64,000 nt of DNA, from positions 13,080 through 77,079 of the forward strand of contig CAWAKK010000005.1 in NCBI GenBank assembly GCA_963782605.1. Reading direction: 5' to 3'. Of the stretch, positions 56,969-64,000 are shown in pieces. The notes beneath the pieces were generated by a model. The model was given only the letters and a program-made list of their open reading frames with translations. It was not told the origin of the DNA and did not search any database. This DNA is from an uncultured Solirubrobacterales bacterium. GTDB lineage: Bacteria > Actinomycetota > Thermoleophilia > Solirubrobacterales > 70-9. Made by a program: the position numbers and the translations under genes. Position 1 is the first letter of the stretch, and each line of letters begins with the position of its first letter.

Positions 56969-58208
56969 ATGGCTGAGATCACGCTGAACAACATCTCGAA
57001 ACGGTTCGACGACGGCTTCGAGGCGGTCACGGACCTCAACCTGGATATCCAGGATGGCGAGTTCATGATCCTGGTCGGGCCCTCCGGCTGCGGCAAGTCG
57101 ACCGCGCTGCGGATGATCGCCGGGCTCGAGGACATCACGGACGGTGAGGTCAAGATCGGGGACGACGTCGTCAACCAGATGGCGCCGAAGGAGCGCGACA
57201 TCGCGATGGTGTTCCAGAACTACGCGCTCTACCCGCACATGAGCGTGGGCCAGAACATGGCGTTCCCGCTGAAGCTCGCCGGAGTCGACCAGGCGCACGA
57301 TCGACTCCAAGATCGACGACGTGGCGAAGGTGCTCGACCTCGAGCAGCACCTCGACCGCAAGCCGGCCAACCTCTCGGGCGGTCAGCGCCAGCGTGTCGC
57401 GATGGGCCGGGCGATCGTTCGCGACCCCAAGGCGTTCCTGATGGACGAGCCGCTCTCGAACCTGGACGCGAAGCTGCGCGTCCAGATGCGCACCGAGGTC
57501 TCGCGCCTCCAGCGGGAGCTGGGCACAACAACCGTTTACGTGACCCACGATCAGACCGAGGCGATGACGCTCGGCGACCGGGTCGCCGTGATGCGCGCCG
57601 GCGTCCTGCAGCAGGTTGGCTCACCTGCGGACCTCTACGACACCCCAACCAACCTCTTCGTCGCCGGCTTCATCGGCTCGCCCGCGATGAACTTCATGGC
57701 CGGCGGGCTCTCCGGCGACACCGTGAGCCTGCCGTTCGGCGAGGTGAGGCTGCCCGACTCCATGAGGGACGCCGTTGGCGACGGCGAGGGGCGCAAGGTG
57801 ATCGTCGGCATCAGGCCGGAGGCGTTCGAGGATGCCTCGCTCGTCGGCGATGCGCTCGACAAGGGCATCACCTTCAAGGCGACCATCGAGCTGGTCGAGT
57901 CGATGGGGTCCGAGAAGTACGCCTACTTCTCGATCTCGAGCGAGGAGGAGATCGAGTCCAAGGACCTCGAGGACCTCGCTGCCGATGCCGGGATGGAGGA
58001 GGTCCCGGGCGGGGGCCAGGATCAGGTGATCGCGCGGCTCGATGCGGGCAGCGGCGTCGAGCGCGGCAAGGAAACCGAGCTCTGGGTCGACTCCACGAAG
58101 CTCCACTTCTTCGATCCGGACTCGGGCGAGAGCCTGACGAAGCAGACAGTCCTGAGCGGAGCCTCCCAGGGGGCTAGGCGCGCAGGTCCCCGCGCATCAG
58201 GTGCGTGA
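56969..58208 (+). pseudogene. sugar ABC transporter ATP-binding protein (MalK/UgpC/MsiK-like), one apparent frameshift
   Basis: Walker [10 protein letters not shown] is in the frame of ORF 56969. After ~57295 the sense continues in the frame of ORF 57321 ([41 protein letters not shown]). Confidence 0.85.
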
Positions 58209-59076
58209 GGGTGTCCTCGTCGCGTGGCCCTGGGCCTCGGAGCTCCTCGCGCAGCCGCTCGAGCACGTCGGGGTCCCAGTCGTGGGTGCGCAGCAAGAGG
58301 TAGCGAAGGCTCACGATTCGAGCGTACGCCTCGGCCTCCGTCTGGTTGCCGATGAGGTCGGCGTCGCGAAGCATCGCAACGACGGGCTCGAATTCCTCGG
58401 TGAACCACTCACGCGCAATCTGCTCGCGGCTCATGAACTCCCCCCGCGCCTGCATGGCGCGAAAGCCCCACGCCTCCACGCCCTCGGCGAGTCCCGCGTA
58501 CCACGACCCCTGCGAAAGCGCGATCCGCGAGCGGTGCTCGCCACGCAGGGGGACGCGCTCGAGGAAGAGTCGCTCATGGCTCTTCAGGGCGAGGTCGTGG
58601 AGACGAACGTCCGCGTCGGCGCCGACCTCGGTGATGATCTCGGTCACGTGAGCCTCGATCACCTCGAGTTTCTGCGCGCGCGCGACCGAAACACGGTGGT
58701 GGCCGTCGCGCACGAAATGAAGCGAGCCGATGCGGTAGACGTCGATCGGCGGCATCGCCTCGCCGCGCCGCATGGCCTTCGCGATGCGCTCCCAGCGCTG
58801 CCTCGCGCTTCGGGACGTGGGACGGAAGTAGCGATCGAACTCGCGCGTGCGGTCGACGGTGCCTACGATCGAGTCGAGGTCGATCGTCTTCAGGCCGAGC
58901 CTTCGCTCGCCCCGGCGTCCGAGCGCGGCGACCACTTCGTCGAACGGCAGGATCTGGTTGACGTCGTCGGGCTCGCGCCGCAGCCGGCGGGCGAGGTCGG
59001 CCGTCACCTGCCGGCGGCGAGCGCGGGAGAAGTCGGTCTGAGCGTCCGAATCCGGGAAGCCTGTGTCCATCGCCAT
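58174..59076 (-). CDS. ParB/Srx-fold N-terminal domain protein with DUF4032-like C-terminal region
   Basis: [25 protein letters not shown] resembles the ParB/sulfiredoxin GxxR box. The DUF4032 assignment is from memory. The 3' end overlaps the convergent ATPase ORF by ~35 nt. Confidence 0.6.
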   Translation of the reverse strand: MAMDTGFPDSDAQTDFSRARRRQVTADLARRLRREPDDVNQILPFDEVVAALGRRGERRLGLKTIDLDSIVGTVDRTREFDRYFRPTSRSARQRWERIAKAMRRGEAMPPIDVYRIGSLHFVRDGHHRVSVARAQKLEVIEAHVTEIITEVGADADVRLHDLALKSHERLFLERVPLRGEHRSRIALSQGSWYAGLAEGVEAWGFRAMQARGEFMSREQIAREWFTEEFEPVVAMLRDADLIGNQTEAEAYARIVSLRYLLLRTHDWDPDVLERLREELRGPGPRDEDTLTHLMRGDLRA

Positions 59077-59118
59077 GCAGCCTAGAGCTACCCGAATCCG
59101 CCGATTCGAGCCGCCGCC

Positions 59119-60108
59119 GTGAGCGACGGCACGGGTACCGCGCGGGTTCTCTGCCTGGGCGAGGCGCTGGTGGATTTCGTCTGTCCAGAGCCCGTGGCCA
59201 ACCTCGCGGACGCCAGCGAGTTCGTGCCGATGCTCGGTGGCTCACTGGCCAACGTGGCGGCTGTCGCGGCACGCTTCGGAGCCGAGGTCGCGTTCACGGG
59301 TGGTGCCGGAGACGACGACTGGGGCCGGTGGCTGCGGGAGCGCCTCGCGGATCAGGGGGTCGATGTAGACGGGTTCGTGCTGGCGCCGGGGACGAGCTCG
59401 CTCGCGTTCGTTGCGGTCTCGGCTGAGGGCGAGCCCTCGTTCGCCTTTTATGAGGCAAGTCAGCGGGCGGGCCCTCACGCCTGGAGAGCCATCGAAGCTG
59501 CACTGGACAAGGAGGCCGGGGTGTTCGTCTTCGGCAGTGACACCCTCTTCGATCCCGAGGAGCGGGAGGTGACCCTGAGGGCGGCAGGCCGCGCGCGCGA
59601 TCGCGGATGGACGGTGCTCGCCGATCCGAACCTGCGGCCCGCGCGATGGACCGACCCGGGGGTGATGGAGGACGCCGTGGGGCAACTCATCGCTCGCGCC
59701 CACCTGCTCAAGTGCAACGGCGCCGAAGCGCGTAGGCTCACGGGCAGCGACGATGAGGGCGAGGCCGCGCGCGAGCTGCTCGTGCGTGGCCCCCGAGCAG
59801 TGGTCGTAACCATGGGCGCGCAAGGCGCGCTGGTCGCCAGCGGGGCTGGGCTCGCAGCTGTTCCCGCCGGCGAGACGACCGAGATCGTCGATGCGACGGG
59901 AGCGGGCGACTCTGTGACGGGGGTCCTCGCCGCCGCCCTCGCCGCGGGAGCCCCCTCGGAAGATCTCGAATCCGTGCTCATGGTCGGGATGCGCACGGCC
60001 GCCGGCGTCGTGGCGCAGTGGGGCTCCGTCGCGGGCCTGCCTGAGCCCGGCGTGGCGGAGGAGAGGCTCGTCGCGGCGATGGGGCGGCCGGGGTCCGGCG
60101 CCAGCTAG
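59119..60108 (+). CDS. PfkB-family carbohydrate kinase (fructokinase/ketohexokinase-like)
   Basis: VLCLGEALVDFV N-terminus and DATGAGDSVTGVLAAAL ATP/anion-hole motif. Confidence 0.88.
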   Translation: MSDGTGTARVLCLGEALVDFVCPEPVANLADASEFVPMLGGSLANVAAVAARFGAEVAFTGGAGDDDWGRWLRERLADQGVDVDGFVLAPGTSSLAFVAVSAEGEPSFAFYEASQRAGPHAWRAIEAALDKEAGVFVFGSDTLFDPEEREVTLRAAGRARDRGWTVLADPNLRPARWTDPGVMEDAVGQLIARAHLLKCNGAEARRLTGSDDEGEAARELLVRGPRAVVVTMGAQGALVASGAGLAAVPAGETTEIVDATGAGDSVTGVLAAALAAGAPSEDLESVLMVGMRTAAGVVAQWGSVAGLPEPGVAEERLVAAMGRPGSGAS

Positions 60109-60119
60109 ATTTGCTCGCT

Positions 60120-60487
60120 ATGGACGGCCTTGGCGCCCCTTCCTCATACCTCGCGCTCCAGGAGGGCACCGCCGTCGATCTCGAGCGACGGCGAGCAGCT
60201 CGGCGTGGTCGAGCACGTGCTGGCCGATCCCGACGCCGACATCTTCGATGGGCTCGTCCTGGACACGAGCGTGCTGCCGGGCGGGCATCGGTTCGCCGAT
60301 TCAGAGCAGGTCGACGAGATCTACGAGCGCGGCGTCGTGCTCCGCGTCGACAGGGCCGCTGCGGAGCAGCCTTCCCGAGCCAAGCGAGAACCCCGCATCG
60401 ATGGACTCGGGCCCGGAGGACACCGTGCCCGACGATCTGGGCGACAAGCTGCGCCGCGCCTGGGACGTGATCTCCGGCAAGTACTGA
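60120..60487 (+). pseudogene. small PRC-barrel/DUF2171-like protein, two apparent frameshifts
   Basis: MDGLGAPSSYLALQEGTAV (frame of ORF 60111), then ISSDGEQLGVVEHVLADPDADIFDGLVLD...RVDRAAAEQ (frame of ORF 60130, from ~60178), then LPEPSENPASMDSGPEDTVPDDLGDKLRRAWDVISGKY (frame of ORF 60248, from ~60372). Confidence 0.6.
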
Positions 60488-60544
60488 CGGAAATCCCGGC
60501 GGCGCCCTCGGTTCCGTACGGGCGTGGGTGTACAGTGGGCGCGC

Positions 60545-61294
60545 ATGGAAGCCACAACCTCGCCCAGTCCGCCACCGCCCGCCGCAAGACAGCTGACCGT
60601 TGGCGGGGTGATCGAGCGCGCCTTCGCCCTCTACCGCGCGCACGCGGGGACATTGATCCCCGCCGCGGCCGTGGTGTTCGTGGTTGCCGGGGTGATCCAA
60701 GGCTTGCTTCGCGACACCGATAGCGCGCTCCTCAGCGTCCTCGGCTCGATCGTCTCGCTGGTCGCAAGCGCGCTCTTCACCGGGTTCGTCGTCACCCTGG
60801 TCGCCGACGTCCGCGACGGCAAGCGCGAGTTCACCGTGGGGGAGCTCTTCTCCAACGCCTCCCACGCCATCCTGCCGCTGATCGGCTTCGGGATCCTCGC
60901 CGCGATCGGAATCGGAATCGGGTTCATCCTGCTGATCATCCCCGGCCTCTACCTGCTGACGATCTGGTCGGTGGGCTCGCCGGCGATCGTCGTCGAGCGA
61001 ACCGGCGTGTTCGAGGCGTTCGGGCGCTCCCACGAGCTCGTCAAGGGGAACGGCTGGACGGTCTTCGGAGCGATCGTGACCGTCTTTCTGATCCTGCTCG
61101 TGCTCGGGATTGCGGCGGCCGCCATCGGCTTCGCGATCCAGGGCGTCGCGCTCGCTGCGGTATTCGCCGTGATCTTCAACGTCTTCGTTGCGCCGCTCGT
61201 CTCCTTGGTCGCGAGCGTGCTCTTCTTCGAGCTCGGCGGCGGCGGGGCTCCGGCCTCGGCGACGCCCCCGCCGGCCCCGGCGCCTGCCGCCTGA
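60545..61294 (+). CDS. integral membrane protein, function unknown
   Basis: Five to six hydrophobic segments and a Pro/Ala-rich C-terminus. ATG 60545 or GTG 60524 as start. Confidence 0.6.
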   Translation: MEATTSPSPPPPAARQLTVGGVIERAFALYRAHAGTLIPAAAVVFVVAGVIQGLLRDTDSALLSVLGSIVSLVASALFTGFVVTLVADVRDGKREFTVGELFSNASHAILPLIGFGILAAIGIGIGFILLIIPGLYLLTIWSVGSPAIVVERTGVFEAFGRSHELVKGNGWTVFGAIVTVFLILLVLGIAAAAIGFAIQGVALAAVFAVIFNVFVAPLVSLVASVLFFELGGGGAPASATPPPAPAPAA

Positions 61295-61351
61295 TCTCGC
61301 GCGGCGGCTGAGCTTCGAGGACCGCCAAGATGACACGCCGGTTGCGGGGCG

Positions 61352-62278
61352 CTAGGGTGCCACGGCGCTCGCAGCCTCGAGCGCGGCGCCGTAGAGGATG
61401 TCGTGCTCGGAGACCTCGATCTCCGAGAGGCCGAAGGCGCGCATCGCCTGAATCAGGATGACGACGCCCGCCACGATCGTCGGCGCACGGTCGGGATGCA
61501 GGCCGGCCACCTCGAGCCGCTCGGCGAGCGGCATCGCGGCCAGCCGCGAGAGCATCCGCTGGATCGTTGCCAGACCAAGGCGATGGCCTTGCACGGCCTC
61601 GGGGTCATAGGGATCGAGGGCGAGATCGATGGCGGCGAGCGAGGTCGGGGTCCCGGCCACGGCGATCCCGTCGCGGGCCCGCGCGATCGCTTCACCCTTG
61701 AGCTCCGCGTCGATCAGAGCATGCACGTCGGCGGCGAGGGTCTCGAGCTCCTGCGCCGTGGGCGGGTCATCGGGCAGGTGGCGCTCGGTGTGGCGGACCG
61801 TGCCCGCCTGAAGCGACGTGCGCCAGGCGATCTGCGAGCCCGAGCCGAGGATCAGCTCCGTGCTGCCGCCGCCGATGTCGATCACGAGGGTGCGGTCGGT
61901 GCCGTTCGGCCGCCCCGCGCAGGCGCCGAGGTAGGTGAGCCTCGCCTCCTCCGCGCCATCGAGGATCGAGGCGGCGAGGGCGAAACGCTCCCGCAGCTCG
62001 GCCTGGAAGGCAGCTCCGTTTGAGGCGTCGCGCACGGCCGAGGTCGCGATCGCGATGACGCGCTCCGGTTCGAGCTCCTCATACAGGGAGATGTAGTCGG
62101 CGACGGTCGCGCAGACGTCCTCGATTGCCTCGACCGCGAGCGCGCCAGACGTGTCGACGCCACGCCCGAGCCTGGTCACGGTCGAGCGCCGCTCGAGTTC
62201 GGCGAGAGTCCCGTCTCGAACATCCCCGACCAGCAGCCGCGTCGAGTTCGTCCCCATGTCGATCACGGCTACGCGCAT
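61352..62278 (-). CDS. ppx: Ppx/GppA-family phosphatase (exopolyphosphatase)
   Basis: ATG 62278 in the frame of track ORF 61352..62353. MRVAVIDMGTNSTRLLV and VIDIGGGSTEL ASKHA-fold motifs. Confidence 0.88.
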   Translation of the reverse strand: MRVAVIDMGTNSTRLLVGDVRDGTLAELERRSTVTRLGRGVDTSGALAVEAIEDVCATVADYISLYEELEPERVIAIATSAVRDASNGAAFQAELRERFALAASILDGAEEARLTYLGACAGRPNGTDRTLVIDIGGGSTELILGSGSQIAWRTSLQAGTVRHTERHLPDDPPTAQELETLAADVHALIDAELKGEAIARARDGIAVAGTPTSLAAIDLALDPYDPEAVQGHRLGLATIQRMLSRLAAMPLAERLEVAGLHPDRAPTIVAGVVILIQAMRAFGLSEIEVSEHDILYGAALEAASAVAP

Positions 62279-62388
62279 GCGCGATGCACCTCTGCACTCC
62301 CCGATGGCACGGCGGCAGGGTAGCGGTGCCCCCGTGCGGGCCCCTGCGCCCACCGGATCCCCGCACCGTTGCTACATTTGACCCACGC

Positions 62389-62462
62389 CGCGGGGTGGAG
62401 CAGTCAGGTAGCTCGCCGGGCTCATAACCCGGAGGTCGCAGGTTCAAATCCTGCCCCCGCTA
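62389..62462 (+). tRNA. initiator tRNA-fMet (anticodon CAT)
   Basis: CGCGGGGTGGAGCAG...GGGCTCATAACCC...GGTTCAAATCC...CCCCGCTA. Unpaired 1:72 position and three G:C pairs closing the anticodon stem, as in mycobacterial initiator tRNA. Confidence 0.92.
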
Positions 62463-62466
62463 CTCA

Positions 62467-62494
62467 CGAAAGGCCCGCTAGAGCGGGCCTTTCG
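62467..62494 (+). terminator. perfect 12-bp hairpin immediately after tRNA-fMet
   Basis: CGAAAGGCCCGC-TAGA-GCGGGCCTTTCG read directly, with a TTT run on the descending arm. Confidence 0.7.
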
Positions 62495-62757
62495 CGCTGG
62501 AGAGTTTGTCCCGCTGTGCGGCAGCAGGCATCAATTGCGAGTTTTCGGTCCGCGATGGGGGCGTTCGATCGGAGAGGAGTCTGGACTGGATGGGCTGCCG
62601 GCTCGCGCATCGAACGACGTTGACGAGCTGGACGAAGATGGCGACGGCATTGCCTGCGTCTCGCTCCCTTCGGAATAGGCTTGCGCTACTCGCGCTGCGA
62701 CGTCTCGAGCTGACTATTCGCCCGCCGCCTCTGGGCGGGCGAGCGCGCCGCGCCGCC

Positions 62758-63078
62758 CTAGATCTGAAGCCGCTTAAGCGCGGCCCGAATCTGCTCCTGG
62801 CTCTCCTCGTCTAAGACCGGATCGTGCTCGAGCCAGAGGACGAAGGCGTGAAGCCAAAGCAGCCGCACGTCCATCTCGAGCTCGCTCGCGTAGGCCATCA
62901 AGACCTCCTCCGGCTGCCGCGGCCAGGCGCTGCCGTCCTCAAAGCGCGCGATCGTCGCCTGGTTTACCTCGATCGCCGCCGCGATCTTGACCTGAACCAC
63001 GCTTCGGTCCTCTCGCGCCTGGCGACAGGCGCGCCCCAGCCACGGCAGCAAGGGACGCGCAACCTCCTCGGCCTTCAT
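62758..63078 (-). CDS. XRE-family helix-turn-helix transcriptional regulator
   Basis: RQAREDRSVVQVKIAAAIEVNQATIARFEDG HTH pattern. Divergent from an AT-rich spacer. Confidence 0.7.
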   Translation of the reverse strand: MKAEEVARPLLPWLGRACRQAREDRSVVQVKIAAAIEVNQATIARFEDGSAWPRQPEEVLMAYASELEMDVRLLWLHAFVLWLEHDPVLDEESQEQIRAALKRLQI

Positions 63079-63212
63079 GCCACAGCTCTATCCGAGCGGC
63101 GCGGCATGACCTTTGGAAGCTGGAGATTCGCGGCTCATATGCACAGCGTATCATCGTCCTGGTTATATGCATCTTCTTGACAACTTACAATCAATATGAT
63201 ACAACGTCGAAT
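63079..63212. promoter_or_regulatory. AT-rich divergent promoter/operator region
   Basis: GC content drops sharply (ggttatatgcatcttcttgacaacttacaatcaatatgatacaacgtcgaatatg). Contains TTGACA and TATGAT hexamers, but the spacing is not canonical, so exact promoters are not assigned. Confidence 0.35.
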
Positions 63213-63336
63213 ATGAGAGCGGTGACGAAGCAAGCATCCAGGGAGACGCTCTCGTCCGATTGGAATCGGGAAGACTGCCGAGCCATCTTCTACGGCAACG
63301 AGCTACCCGACTCCCCCTGGCACTTCGCGGACGAAT

Positions 63337-63531
63337 GTGATCTTGAGTTCTCCGGTTCACGACTACCCCACCTACGAGGAGATTGAGGGCGGGGCTGTGA
63401 CCTGCCGAGCCTGCCACGGACGCGGGAAGGTGCTCGATGTGGCGATGGTCCGCAAGCGGGGCCGGCGCAAGCTCGTCACGGTTGAGTACCGCTGTCCCAA
63501 TCCAGCCTGCGATGCGCGGAGGCGGGCGTGA
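63337..63531 (+). CDS. small zinc-finger protein (CxxCxGxG plus CPxxxC)
   Basis: VTCRACHGRGKV ... YRCPNPACD. Overlaps the upstream ORF 63177..63386 in another frame, so this could be one frameshifted gene. Confidence 0.4.
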   Translation: MILSSPVHDYPTYEEIEGGAVTCRACHGRGKVLDVAMVRKRGRRKLVTVEYRCPNPACDARRRA

Positions 63532-63650
63532 ACCGCTGCCCCTTTCGAGCCGCCGAGCCGGACCTAGGACTGCGGTTTCCCCTTGCGCCGGACTCCGTGC
63601 TCCGGCTAGGCTCGCGCCCAGTTAGGTTGAGCCAAAACGGCCAAGGGGGG

Positions 63651-63992
63651 ATGATGAAGTTCGTTGTTGGGGCAACCGCCACGCTGTTGGCGATGCTTTG
63701 CGTCTGGATGCCGGTGCAGGCGACCGCGGCACCGCCTGACCATGGATGGGAACGGCACTGCGGGTCGCAGAACGCCCCCGGCTACGGGTGGTACAACGTC
63801 CGCGCCTACAACACGAGGTGCAATGTCGCGCGGCAAAGGGTGGCCCAGCACTACAAGGAACACCCCCGGGACTACCACTTCAACGGCTGGGATTGCGATC
63901 GAGATCAGACCGGCTACGAGACTTCGCGCGTGGACTGCATTCGGATGCACAGCGGGCAGCACCAGCATGTCCGCTTCGAGTTCGGAGCCTAG
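63651..63992 (+). CDS. small secreted Cys-containing hypothetical protein
   Basis: ATG 63651 preceded by AAGGGGGG. Signal peptide MMKFVVGATATLLAMLCVWMPVQATA. Four Cys in the mature part. Confidence 0.6.
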   Translation: MMKFVVGATATLLAMLCVWMPVQATAAPPDHGWERHCGSQNAPGYGWYNVRAYNTRCNVARQRVAQHYKEHPRDYHFNGWDCDRDQTGYETSRVDCIRMHSGQHQHVRFEFGA

Positions 63993-64000
63993 GTCCAAAT

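Noticed and set aside
59978-61336. 452-aa minus-strand ORF
   Set aside because: It is antisense to the PRC-barrel gene and the membrane protein gene. The translation is dominated by R/D/E/G runs.
62506-62814. 102-aa plus-strand ORF after tRNA-fMet
   Set aside because: It has no start context, overlaps the XRE gene stop and has no motif. Another frame in the same stretch carries the Excalibur-like fragment.

Overview
The window is a high-GC (roughly 70%), almost fully coding bacterial chromosomal segment. No rRNA, CRISPR array, transposase or integrase is visible. Gene order in the first 20 kb matches, from memory, the conserved actinobacterial block seen in Mycobacterium tuberculosis Rv1011-Rv1024: ispE, tRNA-Gln, glmU-prs, rplY-pth, mfd-mazG, eno-ftsB. 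A Thermoleophilia/Rubrobacteria-grade Actinomycetota origin is inference only. After ftsB the conserved order is interrupted by an ~11 kb co-directional, translationally coupled locus (20608-31742). It encodes two very large GT-C-like polytopic membrane proteins, three PAPS-type sulfotransferases (two tandem paralogues plus one of a different family), a GT-B glycosyltransferase and a MOP/Wzx-type flippase. This is the best candidate in the window for an undescribed system, namely a sulfated envelope-glycan pathway. Other notable items:
- A csrA gene with no fliW or flagellar context, divergent from an HTH/poly-Glu/poly-Arg protein.
- A rhomboid-fold protein lacking the catalytic Ser and His.
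- A one-polypeptide ECF sigma/anti-sigma fusion downstream of an RTX-like secreted protein.
- A class III adenylate cyclase.
- A GH13/sugar-ABC operon whose permease and ATPase genes are all frame-disrupted.
- A lower-GC segment starting right after tRNA-fMet that looks like the edge of an integrated element.
At least 10 apparent frameshifts fall in 6 otherwise recognisable genes. This suggests indel errors in the assembly or, less likely, real gene decay. All family calls rest on motifs read by eye; no database search was run.
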